Source: Chitinophagales bacterium (GTDB lineage: Bacteria; Bacteroidota; Bacteroidia; Chitinophagales; BACL12). From it: a DNA stretch of 62,351 bases. Shown piece by piece: positions 28,455 to 37,094 of this stretch. Where the stretch lies: contig JBJXHH010000004.1 in assembly GCA_046160675.1 (NCBI GenBank), positions 1 to 62,351 of the forward strand, given 5' to 3'. Each line of letters starts with the position of its first letter. Position 1 is the stretch's first letter. The notes under the pieces were generated by a model. It was not told the origin of the DNA. It worked only from the letters and a program-made list of their open reading frames with translations, and did no database searches. The translations under genes and the position numbers were made by a program.

Positions 28455-28490
28455 CTTAGGAAACTTTAAGGATAAAATTTGTTTCCCAAG
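28455..28490. promoter_or_regulatory. candidate TetR operator (inverted repeat)
   Basis: CTTAGGAAAC-N16-GTTTCCCAAG matches 9/10 as an inverted repeat. The right arm overlaps the -33 TTTG. A further TAGGAAAC copy is at 28532-28539. Confidence 0.35.
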
Positions 28491-28509
28491 TTTTAGTGGT
28501 TTATTTTTG
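28478..28509 (+). promoter_or_regulatory. promoter of the TetR-efflux operon (-33 TTTG plus -7 TAnnTTTG)
   Basis: TTTG at 28478-28481 and TATTTTTG at 28502-28509, separated by 20 nt. ATG is at 28563. Confidence 0.5.
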
Positions 28510-28562
28510 CGCCGCTTATTACAATAGCCTATAGGAAACCCCTTTGAATACAAAAAATAAAA

Positions 28563-29207
28563 ATGCCAGTATCAGTACAAAATATATCTGCAGAAGAATC
28601 CAGGTTACTGGATCGTTGTGAAAAGCTTTTTATGCGTTACGGCATTAAAAGCGTAACTATGGATGATGTAAGCAGGGAGTTGGGTATAAGTAAAAAAACA
28701 TTATACCAGTATGTTGAGAACAAGGATGCCCTCATCTGCAAGGTTACGAAAAGCCACTTCGCCTGTGAAAATAAAGTTGTGGAACAAATCATTCATCAAG
28801 CAAAAACCGCAATTGATGAAATGTTTGGCATTGCCACATGGATGAATCAAATGAGCAAGAACCTAAACCCGGGATTGTTGTTTGATTTACGGAAGTATCA
28901 CCCCGATGCATGGCAGATTTATATTGATCATCGTAATAATGAAATTTACAATCATATAAAACACAACCTGCAAAGGGGAATTAAAGAAGAGTTATACAGG
29001 GAAAACTTGCATGTTGAAGTACTGACCAGGATTTACATTGCACGGGCAGAAATGTTTCTTGATCATGAAATTTTTCCATATGATAAGTTTCCACCTGAAA
29101 AAACATTTCCCATTTTCTTAGACTATCATATCCGCGGTATTGCAACTCAAAAAGGAATTAAATACTTAGAAAAAATAAAATCTCAACATAATGACAACCA
29201 GGGTTAA
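28563..29207 (+). CDS. TetR/AcrR family transcriptional regulator
   Basis: N-terminal HTH GIKSVTMDDVSRELGISKKTLYQYVENKDAL. Overlaps the downstream efflux genes. Confidence 0.9.
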   Translation: MPVSVQNISAEESRLLDRCEKLFMRYGIKSVTMDDVSRELGISKKTLYQYVENKDALICKVTKSHFACENKVVEQIIHQAKTAIDEMFGIATWMNQMSKNLNPGLLFDLRKYHPDAWQIYIDHRNNEIYNHIKHNLQRGIKEELYRENLHVEVLTRIYIARAEMFLDHEIFPYDKFPPEKTFPIFLDYHIRGIATQKGIKYLEKIKSQHNDNQG

Positions 29208-30513
29208 AACATTTTTCATTGCCTTCATGTTGCCTGCAGCACTTTTTGCACAAGTGCAGCAATTCAGTTTGCAGCAAGCGGAAGATTATGGAGCACAGAA
29301 TCACAACAACATAAAAACCGCAGCACTTAATGTTCAGGGCGCACGGGCAACTGTAGGAGAAGTGATTTCCAGCGGATTACCGCAACTCAGCGGGTCTGTT
29401 GATTATCAGAATTTTTTAAAACTACCCACCTCATTACTCCCTGCTGAATTTTTTGGCGGCGAACCCGGAGATTATACCGAAGTTCAGTTCGGAACAAAAC
29501 AAAATGTAACAGCAGGTTTATCCTTTTCGCAATTGCTTTTCAATGGTAGTTGGCTGGTGGGAGTGAATGCTGCGAAAACGTATGTTAGCCTGGTAGAAAG
29601 TCAGCAAAAGCTTACAGAGACTGAAGTGAGAAAAAATGTTGAATTAGCGTATTACACTGTATTGGTTTCAGAAGAAAGTGAAAAGATCTGGCAAAAAAAC
29701 ATTGATAACCTCAGAAAAACATTAAATGAAGTTTCGGAAATGAACCGTCAGGGATTTGTAGAGGAAATAGATGTTGACAGGCTGAAGATGAGTATAGGAA
29801 CCCTGGAAACGAACTTGGAAAATGTAAAGAATCAAACAGAGCTCGCAAAAACATTCTTAAAATTTCAGATGGGGCTTGATGTAAACCAGCCAATTGAACT
29901 TACTGATTCTCTCAGTAATGTTCAAAGTGATTTCACATTTATTGATGGAGATCAAAATTATTTACGCAGATCAGAATTCGAAATACTGGAAACAACAAAA
30001 ATCCTGAATGACTACAATGTAAAGGTGAACAAAGCCGGCTATTACCCAAGCCTTGTTTTAATTGGTTCCTTAAGTACAAATGCCCAGAGAAACCAGTTTG
30101 ATTTCTTTGATTTTGATCAGCCCTGGTTTGAAACATCATTAGTAGGGGTTTCCATGCAAGTGCCAATTTTTGATGGCTTGCAAAAGAAAAATAAAATAGA
30201 GTATGCTCAAATCGGTTTGCAGAAAGTTGAATTGCTTCAGCAAACCACCAACCAGGCCATTCAACTGGAAATTGCAAAAGCAAAAACAGACTATGAAAAT
30301 GCACTGAATGATTTTGAAAATCAAAATGAAAATATTGCCCTTGCTGAAAAGATCTACAATGTTTCGCTTATCAAATATAGAGAAGGTGTGGGCAGCAGTC
30401 TTGAATTAACAAGCGCTGAAAGTTCATTATATCAAACTCAGGGATCCTATATCGGCGCTTTATATAACTTATTAAATGCGAAAGCGAATTTGAAAAAAGC
30501 GCTCGGCTACTAA
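29191..30513 (+). CDS. TolC family outer-membrane efflux protein
   Basis: Signal peptide and two-repeat coiled/barrel architecture. Located upstream of MFP and RND genes. Start overlaps the TetR gene by 17 nt. Confidence 0.85.
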   Translation: MTTRVKTFFIAFMLPAALFAQVQQFSLQQAEDYGAQNHNNIKTAALNVQGARATVGEVISSGLPQLSGSVDYQNFLKLPTSLLPAEFFGGEPGDYTEVQFGTKQNVTAGLSFSQLLFNGSWLVGVNAAKTYVSLVESQQKLTETEVRKNVELAYYTVLVSEESEKIWQKNIDNLRKTLNEVSEMNRQGFVEEIDVDRLKMSIGTLETNLENVKNQTELAKTFLKFQMGLDVNQPIELTDSLSNVQSDFTFIDGDQNYLRRSEFEILETTKILNDYNVKVNKAGYYPSLVLIGSLSTNAQRNQFDFFDFDQPWFETSLVGVSMQVPIFDGLQKKNKIEYAQIGLQKVELLQQTTNQAIQLEIAKAKTDYENALNDFENQNENIALAEKIYNVSLIKYREGVGSSLELTSAESSLYQTQGSYIGALYNLLNAKANLKKALGY

Positions 30514-30547
30514 ACAATAACTTAAAACTCAATTTTAAATATATAAG

Positions 30548-31684
30548 ATGAAAAAGACAATTCTAATCCTCACCATTGCAGTGCTGCTTGTTTCATGCGG
30601 CGCAAAAGAAAAAGACATAGATCCACTTCTTGCAGAAAAACGATCTGAACTTGAAGACCTGAAAAAAGACAGGGTTGAACTTGACAAAAAAATAAAAACC
30701 CTGGAAGAAGAAATTGCAAAACTGGATACAACGGCAAAAGAGCCTGAAGGGGAATTGGTACAGATAGCAGAGATCGCACTTGCTCCCTTTGCAAGTTACA
30801 TCGACTTGCAGGCAAGAGTAGATGCAAGTGATAACGTAACCGTTACTCCGCAGATGCCCGGTGTTGTAGAAAAAGTATATGTTACTGAGGGGCAGAGTGT
30901 AAGCAGAGGGCAAACACTTGCCGAGTTAGACAATGATGCAATGGTGAAAAACATCGAAACGATGGAAACACAACTGAGTTTTGCAAGAGATGTTTACAAT
31001 AAACAAAAAGCCCTTTGGGATCAAAAGATCGGAAGTGAAATTCAATACCTTTCAGCAAAAAATAATGTTGAAACTTTAGAAAAATCCCTTGCTGCTGCAA
31101 AAGAACAGTTGGACATGACGAAGATGACATCGCCCATCAGCGGAGTGGTAGATGCCGTGGATGTAAAAGCCGGGCAGATAGGTTCACCTGGTTTTACAGG
31201 AATAAGAGTAGTAAATACAAGTTCCTTAAAAGTGAAAGGTGAAGTAAGCGAGGCATATTCTGCTTATGTTCAAGCAGGAGACAATGTGAAGCTGCTCTTC
31301 CCTGATATCAATAAAGAAGTTGACAGCAAGATCAGTTTTGTATCAAAAGTCATCAACCCTTCGTCAAGAACATTTACTGCAGAATCAAAGCTTGGAAGTG
31401 ACGGCATTTATAAACCCAACATGGTAGTAGTAATGAAGATCGCTGATTATGAAAATGCAAAAGCGATTGCCCTTGATGTAAACATGGTGCAAAAATCAAG
31501 CAACGGAAGTTATGTGTACACAGTGAAGGAAGAGGAAGGCAAATACCTTGCAGCAAGAAAAGATGTAACTGTAGGAAAAATTTATAACGGTATTGCAGAA
31601 ATTACTTCTGGGTTGAATGTTGGAGATAAAGTGATTACTGTAGGTTACCAAGACGTAATAGAAGGACAGGAAGTGAGATGGTAA
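30548..31684 (+). CDS. efflux RND transporter periplasmic adaptor (MFP/HlyD family)
   Basis: Lipobox LLVSCG, coiled-coil hairpin, and biotinyl-lipoyl-like segments (PQMPGVVEKVYVTEGQSVSRGQTLAELD; SPISGVVDAVDVKAGQ). Confidence 0.9.
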   Translation: MKKTILILTIAVLLVSCGAKEKDIDPLLAEKRSELEDLKKDRVELDKKIKTLEEEIAKLDTTAKEPEGELVQIAEIALAPFASYIDLQARVDASDNVTVTPQMPGVVEKVYVTEGQSVSRGQTLAELDNDAMVKNIETMETQLSFARDVYNKQKALWDQKIGSEIQYLSAKNNVETLEKSLAAAKEQLDMTKMTSPISGVVDAVDVKAGQIGSPGFTGIRVVNTSSLKVKGEVSEAYSAYVQAGDNVKLLFPDINKEVDSKISFVSKVINPSSRTFTAESKLGSDGIYKPNMVVVMKIADYENAKAIALDVNMVQKSSNGSYVYTVKEEEGKYLAARKDVTVGKIYNGIAEITSGLNVGDKVITVGYQDVIEGQEVRW

Positions 31685-31803
31685 TACGCAAGATAACCAG
31701 CGTTCAAATCAATATCATGCAGAAAACAAAATTATCTGAGTAAAAATACGAGTAGAGAATAATAAAGCCCAAAAGTATTTCTCATCACTCATAAAAATAT
31801 TTT

Positions 31804-34800
31804 ATGATAGACAAATTCAAAGAATTTAAACCCAGCAGCTGGGTGATAGAAAATAAGACAACCATTTTTGTACTGACAGTAATTCTCACCATAATGGGTA
31901 TTTCTGCATACAATAGCCTGCCTAAGGAGTTATATCCTGATATTACCATGCCTACAATTTATGTAGGCACAGTTTATCCCGGGTCTTCTCCCGCTGACAT
32001 GGAAAATCTCATTACTAAGCAAATAGAGAAGGAGCTCAAATCCCTGAACAGTGTAAACAAAATGACAAGCACTTCTGTGCAGGACTTTTGTAATATCATG
32101 ATCGAGTTTAACAGTGATGTTGACATTAATGACGCCTATGATAGGGTGAAGGAGGCCGTTGACAAAGCAAAGCCTTTTTTACCGGGAGATATTCCTGCAG
32201 GTTTGGGGCCGAATGTCGCCAAAGTTGAATTTTCTGAGATCCCTATCCTCACAGTAAATATTTCAGGTAATTATGATCTTCCTACCATTAAAAGATATTC
32301 TGACATTATTCAGGATAGATTGGAAGAACTGCCGGAAATTAGTAAAGCCGCCATGATAGGTGCTCCCGAGCGGGAAATTCAGATCAACCTCGATATGTAC
32401 AAAGCGCAGGCTGCAAAAATCACAGCGTATGATGTTCAAAATGCGATTCGCATGGAGAACATGATCATTAGTGGCGGTAGCATGAAGGTTGATAACATGC
32501 GCAGGAGCATAACTGTCAGCGGACAGTTTGATGATGTAGAAGAAATAAAAAATCTTACCATCAACAACATGCAAAATGCGCCGATTTATTTAAAAGATAT
32601 TGCAGAAGTAAAAGACAGTTATAAAGAACAGGAAAGTTATGCGAGGCTGGAAGGAGAAAATGTGATCGCATTAAATGTGATCAAAAAAAGCGGGGAGAAC
32701 CTGATTGCGGCAAGCGATAATGTTCATGAGTTACTTGAAGAGATGGAAAAAGAAGAGTTGCCAAAAGATCTGAAAGTAGAAGTAACAGGCGACACCTCTT
32801 CAACAACAAGAACACAGCTTGCTGACCTCATTAACACCATCATCATCGGCTTTATTTTAGTAACTATGGTGCTCATGTTTTTCATGGGCGCAACCGATGC
32901 TATGTTCGTTGGTTTGTCGGTTCCACTTTCTATGTTCATCGCATTTATTGTACTCAACTTTATGGGATGGAGCATGAATGTAATTGTGTTGTTCGGATTT
33001 CTACTCGGGCTGGGAATTGTAGTGGATGATGCAATTGTTGTTATTGAAAATACACACAGGATTTTCGCAAACGGCAAAGTGCCGATAAAGATTGCAGCAA
33101 AAAATGCTGCAGGAGAAGTATTTGTGCCTGTTCTTGCAGGAACACTTACTACACTTGCACCCTTTGTCCCACTTATATTTTGGCCCGGTGTTATCGGTGG
33201 TTTTATGAGCTACTTACCCATCACTCTGATTATTACACTCACAGCATCCCTCTTGGTAGCCTATTTATTTAATCCTGTTTTTGCCGCAACATTTATGAAG
33301 CCGCATATTGATGGCGAAAAACCCAAACGAAGAAAACAAATACGCAATTCCATTGTAGTCGGAACCCTGGGTATAGTTATTTCTTTTAGTGGGAATTTAT
33401 TATTGGGGAATGTGATTATCACTTTTGTTTTATTATTCTGGTTGTACAATCTTGTTTTAGTAAAAGGGGTAAGGTGGTTTCAGAAAAAAGGATGGCCTTC
33501 ATTTCAAAATCGCTATGCTAACTTTTTAAGGTGGACACTTAAGAGGCCCTACGTTCCCTTTATAGTAGTAATTGCAACTTTATTTTTGGCAATCTTTTTA
33601 TTGGGGGTTCAAAAACCCGGAGTAGAACAATTTCCCACTGGTGACCCGAATTTTATTTTCACATACGTACAAATGCCTAACGGTACAGATCAGTCAACTA
33701 CTGACAGTGTCACACAAATAGTTGAAAAACGAGTAAGAGGAGCAGTAGGCGAAGATAATCCCATCGTTGAATCCATCATTTCTAACGTAACTATTGGAGC
33801 AAATGAAGACCCTTTTGACCAGAGTGCATATTCAAACAAGGGAAAAGTAACGGTAGCTTTTGTAGAGCCTTCGATAAGAAGAAATCAAAAATCAGAAATC
33901 TATCTTGAAAAGATCAGGGAATCCGTGAAAGGAATTCCCGGCGCAGCCATTACTGTTGGTGTTGAACAAAACGGTCCGCCACAGGCAAAACCTATCAACA
34001 TTGAGATTCGAGGAGATAATTTTGAAGAACTGATTGCGACAACAGATGGTATCAAAAAATATCTTGACTCATTAAACTTTGAGGGAGTAGAAGAATTAAA
34101 ATCTGATCTTCAACCGAACAAACCTGAAATAGTTATCAATCTTGACAGGGAGCGCATGCGCCGGGAAGGTATAAACACAGCCCAGGTTGGAAGTGAAATA
34201 CGTAGTGCTGTGTACGGTACAGAAATTACAAAATTCAAGGAAGGAAATGATGATTATCCGATTGTGATACGATATGATGAAGCACAGAGAAAAGATATTG
34301 ATCAACTTGCCAACCTCAAGATCACCTTCATGGATATGATGACCGGTGCAATCCGTCAAATTCCAATTTCAGCCTTTGCAACAATTGACTATGCAAATAC
34401 TTATAGCGGCATAAAACGGATTGATCAGAAAAGAGTAATTACACTTTCAAGCAATTTATTAACAGGGTTTGAAAGTGCGCAATACACTATCATGGATGAA
34501 ATAAAAAAATCCCTGGAAAATTATGAAACCCCTCCCGGAGTTGAAATTACCTATGCCAGCGCCAGTCAGGAAATTGAAGATACTATCTCTTTCCTCGGTG
34601 TTGCAGGGTTGGTTGCATTGTTTCTTATCATCATTGTGATGGTTACGCAATTTAACTCTGTTTCAAAACCACTGATCATTTTCGTTGAAGTATTTTTCTC
34701 AATCATTGGTGTTTTGCTGGGTTATGGAATCACTGGGATGGATTTTTCCGCTGTAATGACAGGCGTTGGTGTAGTTGCTCTGTTTGGAATTGTAGTTAGA

Positions 34801-35229
34801 AATGGTATCCTGCTGGTTGAGTTTACAGATATTTTGATTGAGCAGGGGATGCATATAAAAGAAGCTGTGGTGGAAGCAGCACGGGTTCGTATGACGCCGG
34901 TTGTACTCACAGCAACTGCAACGATACTTGGTATGATCCCGCTTGCCATCGGATTAAATATTGACTTCAGGGGTTTGTTTACTGAATTTAAACCTGATGT
35001 TTGGCTTGGCGGCGAAAACGTTGTGTTCTGGGGTCCGCTTGCCTGGACAATAGTTTTCGGATTAGCCTATGCAACATTCATCACACTTATTATTGTGCCT
35101 GTTATGTATCTGAATAATGAACGGTTCAAAACATGGATCTTTAAAATATTTGGTATAAAAAAGAAAGAGACAACCCAGGAGCCGGTTGTTTCCGGTGGAA
35201 TGGTGTCCGGAGTTATGAATAAAGAATAA
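31804..35229 (+). CDS. efflux RND permease (AcrB/HAE family), unusually long (1141 aa)
   Basis: AcrB-like TM/periplasmic architecture, GLGIVVDDAIVVIENTHR motif, and 12 or more TM segments. Confidence 0.95.
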   Translation: MIDKFKEFKPSSWVIENKTTIFVLTVILTIMGISAYNSLPKELYPDITMPTIYVGTVYPGSSPADMENLITKQIEKELKSLNSVNKMTSTSVQDFCNIMIEFNSDVDINDAYDRVKEAVDKAKPFLPGDIPAGLGPNVAKVEFSEIPILTVNISGNYDLPTIKRYSDIIQDRLEELPEISKAAMIGAPEREIQINLDMYKAQAAKITAYDVQNAIRMENMIISGGSMKVDNMRRSITVSGQFDDVEEIKNLTINNMQNAPIYLKDIAEVKDSYKEQESYARLEGENVIALNVIKKSGENLIAASDNVHELLEEMEKEELPKDLKVEVTGDTSSTTRTQLADLINTIIIGFILVTMVLMFFMGATDAMFVGLSVPLSMFIAFIVLNFMGWSMNVIVLFGFLLGLGIVVDDAIVVIENTHRIFANGKVPIKIAAKNAAGEVFVPVLAGTLTTLAPFVPLIFWPGVIGGFMSYLPITLIITLTASLLVAYLFNPVFAATFMKPHIDGEKPKRRKQIRNSIVVGTLGIVISFSGNLLLGNVIITFVLLFWLYNLVLVKGVRWFQKKGWPSFQNRYANFLRWTLKRPYVPFIVVIATLFLAIFLLGVQKPGVEQFPTGDPNFIFTYVQMPNGTDQSTTDSVTQIVEKRVRGAVGEDNPIVESIISNVTIGANEDPFDQSAYSNKGKVTVAFVEPSIRRNQKSEIYLEKIRESVKGIPGAAITVGVEQNGPPQAKPINIEIRGDNFEELIATTDGIKKYLDSLNFEGVEELKSDLQPNKPEIVINLDRERMRREGINTAQVGSEIRSAVYGTEITKFKEGNDDYPIVIRYDEAQRKDIDQLANLKITFMDMMTGAIRQIPISAFATIDYANTYSGIKRIDQKRVITLSSNLLTGFESAQYTIMDEIKKSLENYETPPGVEITYASASQEIEDTISFLGVAGLVALFLIIIVMVTQFNSVSKPLIIFVEVFFSIIGVLLGYGITGMDFSAVMTGVGVVALFGIVVRNGILLVEFTDILIEQGMHIKEAVVEAARVRMTPVVLTATATILGMIPLAIGLNIDFRGLFTEFKPDVWLGGENVVFWGPLAWTIVFGLAYATFITLIIVPVMYLNNERFKTWIFKIFGIKKKETTQEPVVSGGMVSGVMNKE

Positions 35230-35258
35230 TCGCAAATTAAAATACCTCCTTTAAATTT

Positions 35259-35296
35259 GAGGCTTTTACAAAATGAGTAAAAGCCTCATTTTTTTA
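35259..35296 (+). terminator. Rho-independent terminator of the efflux operon
   Basis: Perfect 11-bp stem GAGGCTTTTAC/GTAAAAGCCTC with a 7-nt loop, followed by ATTTTTTTA. Confidence 0.85.
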
Positions 35297-35314
35297 TATT
35301 AAATTTCATCTTGA

Positions 35315-36541
35315 ATGATAAAAATATTTTTTCTCAATTTAATTTTTTTCCCATTGAGTTGTTTTTCGCAAACAGCATTTACTATTTACAATACTGAAAA
35401 CTCAGAACTACCTTCAAATACTGTGAATACAATTTATTTTGATACTGATGAAAATGTTTGGATAGCAACAGAAAATGGGTTGGCAAAGATTGATACAAAT
35501 GATACCTGGGATATATACAATACAGGCAATTCTGGTCTGCCTGATAATTTCATAAGAAGTGTTTTTGTTGATAATGATGGCGTTCTTTGGGTGGGAACAT
35601 TTCTCGGTGGCCTTTCAAAGTTTGACGGAACAATATGGGAAGTTTTTAATCCTGCAAACTCCGAAATCCCTGACTATCATATCCGTGCCATCAATAAAGA
35701 TATGAATGATACTCTCTGGCTCGGCACAACTGGAGGGCTGTGCAAATGGGATGGCACTGATTATTGGTATACTTATACAACGGATAACTCAACTTTAAAA
35801 TCCTCAAACATCACAGACATTTTAATTGATGATGAAAATGTAAAATACCTCGGCACTATCAATGGAGGTTTATCTACTTACGATGCCGGGGTTATCAATT
35901 ATTACAGAACAGAAAACTCAGAAATTGCAGACAACACAGTTCTTCAAATTGCAGAAGATACGTTCGGAAACAAATGGATGGCAACAACTTTTGGCGGTTT
36001 GAGTATTGTAACTCCTGCATTTACTTTCCTCAATTTTTCTCCCTTCAATTCAGACATTCCCGACCTTGAAATGAATGATGTAACTATTGATAAAAATAAT
36101 ATTGGAGTTCTTGCTATGCATTCTTTTGGACTTACAACTTTTGATAACACTGACTGGTTTACTTATGATATATCCAACTCCGAATTGCCTGAAAATACAT
36201 TAAACTGTGTTGCAATTGATAAAGAAAATAAGGTTTGGATAGGCACGGAAACCTCTGGGTTGGTAGTGTTTGACAGGGCTTTGTATGTTTCTGTTACAGG
36301 CCCGTCAAGTTCAGTTTTGCAATTATTTCCTAACCCCTGCAGTCAATTTATTTTTCTTTCCGGAAACTTTCATGATTCCGAAATCTTGATCACAAATATT
36401 TTTGGGGAAGTTGTTTTTAGTGCCCTTTCTATTTCTCAATCGCAGGTTATAGATATAAGCAAAATCCCTGAAGGAAATTATATTCTTTCCCTCAGGGATG
36501 ATTATTCTGTTATTAATAAAAATATTTTGATCGTTCGTTAA
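35315..36541 (+). CDS. beta-propeller (two-component regulator propeller-type repeats) protein with T9SS type A CTD
   Basis: Repeats of N..LP.N.v..i..D..g..W.GT..GL. C-terminal LQLFPNPCSQFIFL...ITNIFGEVV...IDISKIPEGNYILSL. Confidence 0.75.
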   Translation: MIKIFFLNLIFFPLSCFSQTAFTIYNTENSELPSNTVNTIYFDTDENVWIATENGLAKIDTNDTWDIYNTGNSGLPDNFIRSVFVDNDGVLWVGTFLGGLSKFDGTIWEVFNPANSEIPDYHIRAINKDMNDTLWLGTTGGLCKWDGTDYWYTYTTDNSTLKSSNITDILIDDENVKYLGTINGGLSTYDAGVINYYRTENSEIADNTVLQIAEDTFGNKWMATTFGGLSIVTPAFTFLNFSPFNSDIPDLEMNDVTIDKNNIGVLAMHSFGLTTFDNTDWFTYDISNSELPENTLNCVAIDKENKVWIGTETSGLVVFDRALYVSVTGPSSSVLQLFPNPCSQFIFLSGNFHDSEILITNIFGEVVFSALSISQSQVIDISKIPEGNYILSLRDDYSVINKNILIVR

Positions 36542-36969
36542 AACCTGAACATCTCTGCCCTGCAATCAACATCATCAACTATAAAACCGTTTTGAACGGT
36601 TAGCACCTGGTAATCTACAATCAAAAGCGAATCTTCTAAACTGCCGCTTCCGCTGAATTCGTAAAAAATTTCGGGCCAACTAGATATATGAAATTGTTGT
36701 ACAGGGATAATGATCTTCATACCTGTAACAATTGCCTTCACATCCATTCCCGCTTCAAATAAGCCCGGAAACCCAAAAGCAATTTCATCGTTATAGTCAG
36801 ATTTATAAATATCCAACTCATAGTCAGAAACACCAACATCACAGTAATCATCAACTACATATCGTCCAACATATTCATCCCGAACATCATAATACGGAAT
36901 TTCGTCCCTGTCGCAGGAGAAAAGTATCATAGAAGCCGAAGCAATGATGAGTAAGTAATTTTTTTTCAT
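36538..36969 (-). CDS. hypothetical lipoprotein
   Basis: Lipobox SMILFSC. No recognisable domain. Its stop overlaps the stop of the convergent gene (TTAA). Confidence 0.6.
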   Translation of the reverse strand: MKKNYLLIIASASMILFSCDRDEIPYYDVRDEYVGRYVVDDYCDVGVSDYELDIYKSDYNDEIAFGFPGLFEAGMDVKAIVTGMKIIIPVQQFHISSWPEIFYEFSGSGSLEDSLLIVDYQVLTVQNGFIVDDVDCRAEMFRF

Positions 36970-37047
36970 ATATCATGCTTTTGCCTTGCCTAAGCCAAAC
37001 ACTATGCCAACAGAAATATAACAAAAGTTAAAGCGAAGAGGGTATAT

Positions 37048-37055
37048 TAACTTTG
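37048..37055 (+). promoter_or_regulatory. -7 promoter box for hutU
   Basis: TAACTTTG, 39 nt upstream of ATG 37095. Confidence 0.45.
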
Positions 37056-37094
37056 CAACCGGAACAAGGCATCGCAACTCAATCAAAAAGTAAA

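Noticed and set aside
37053-37094. A TTG-initiated extension of hutU.
   Set aside because: The TTG lies inside the -7 box 37048-37055, and ATG 37095 gives a normal N-terminus.
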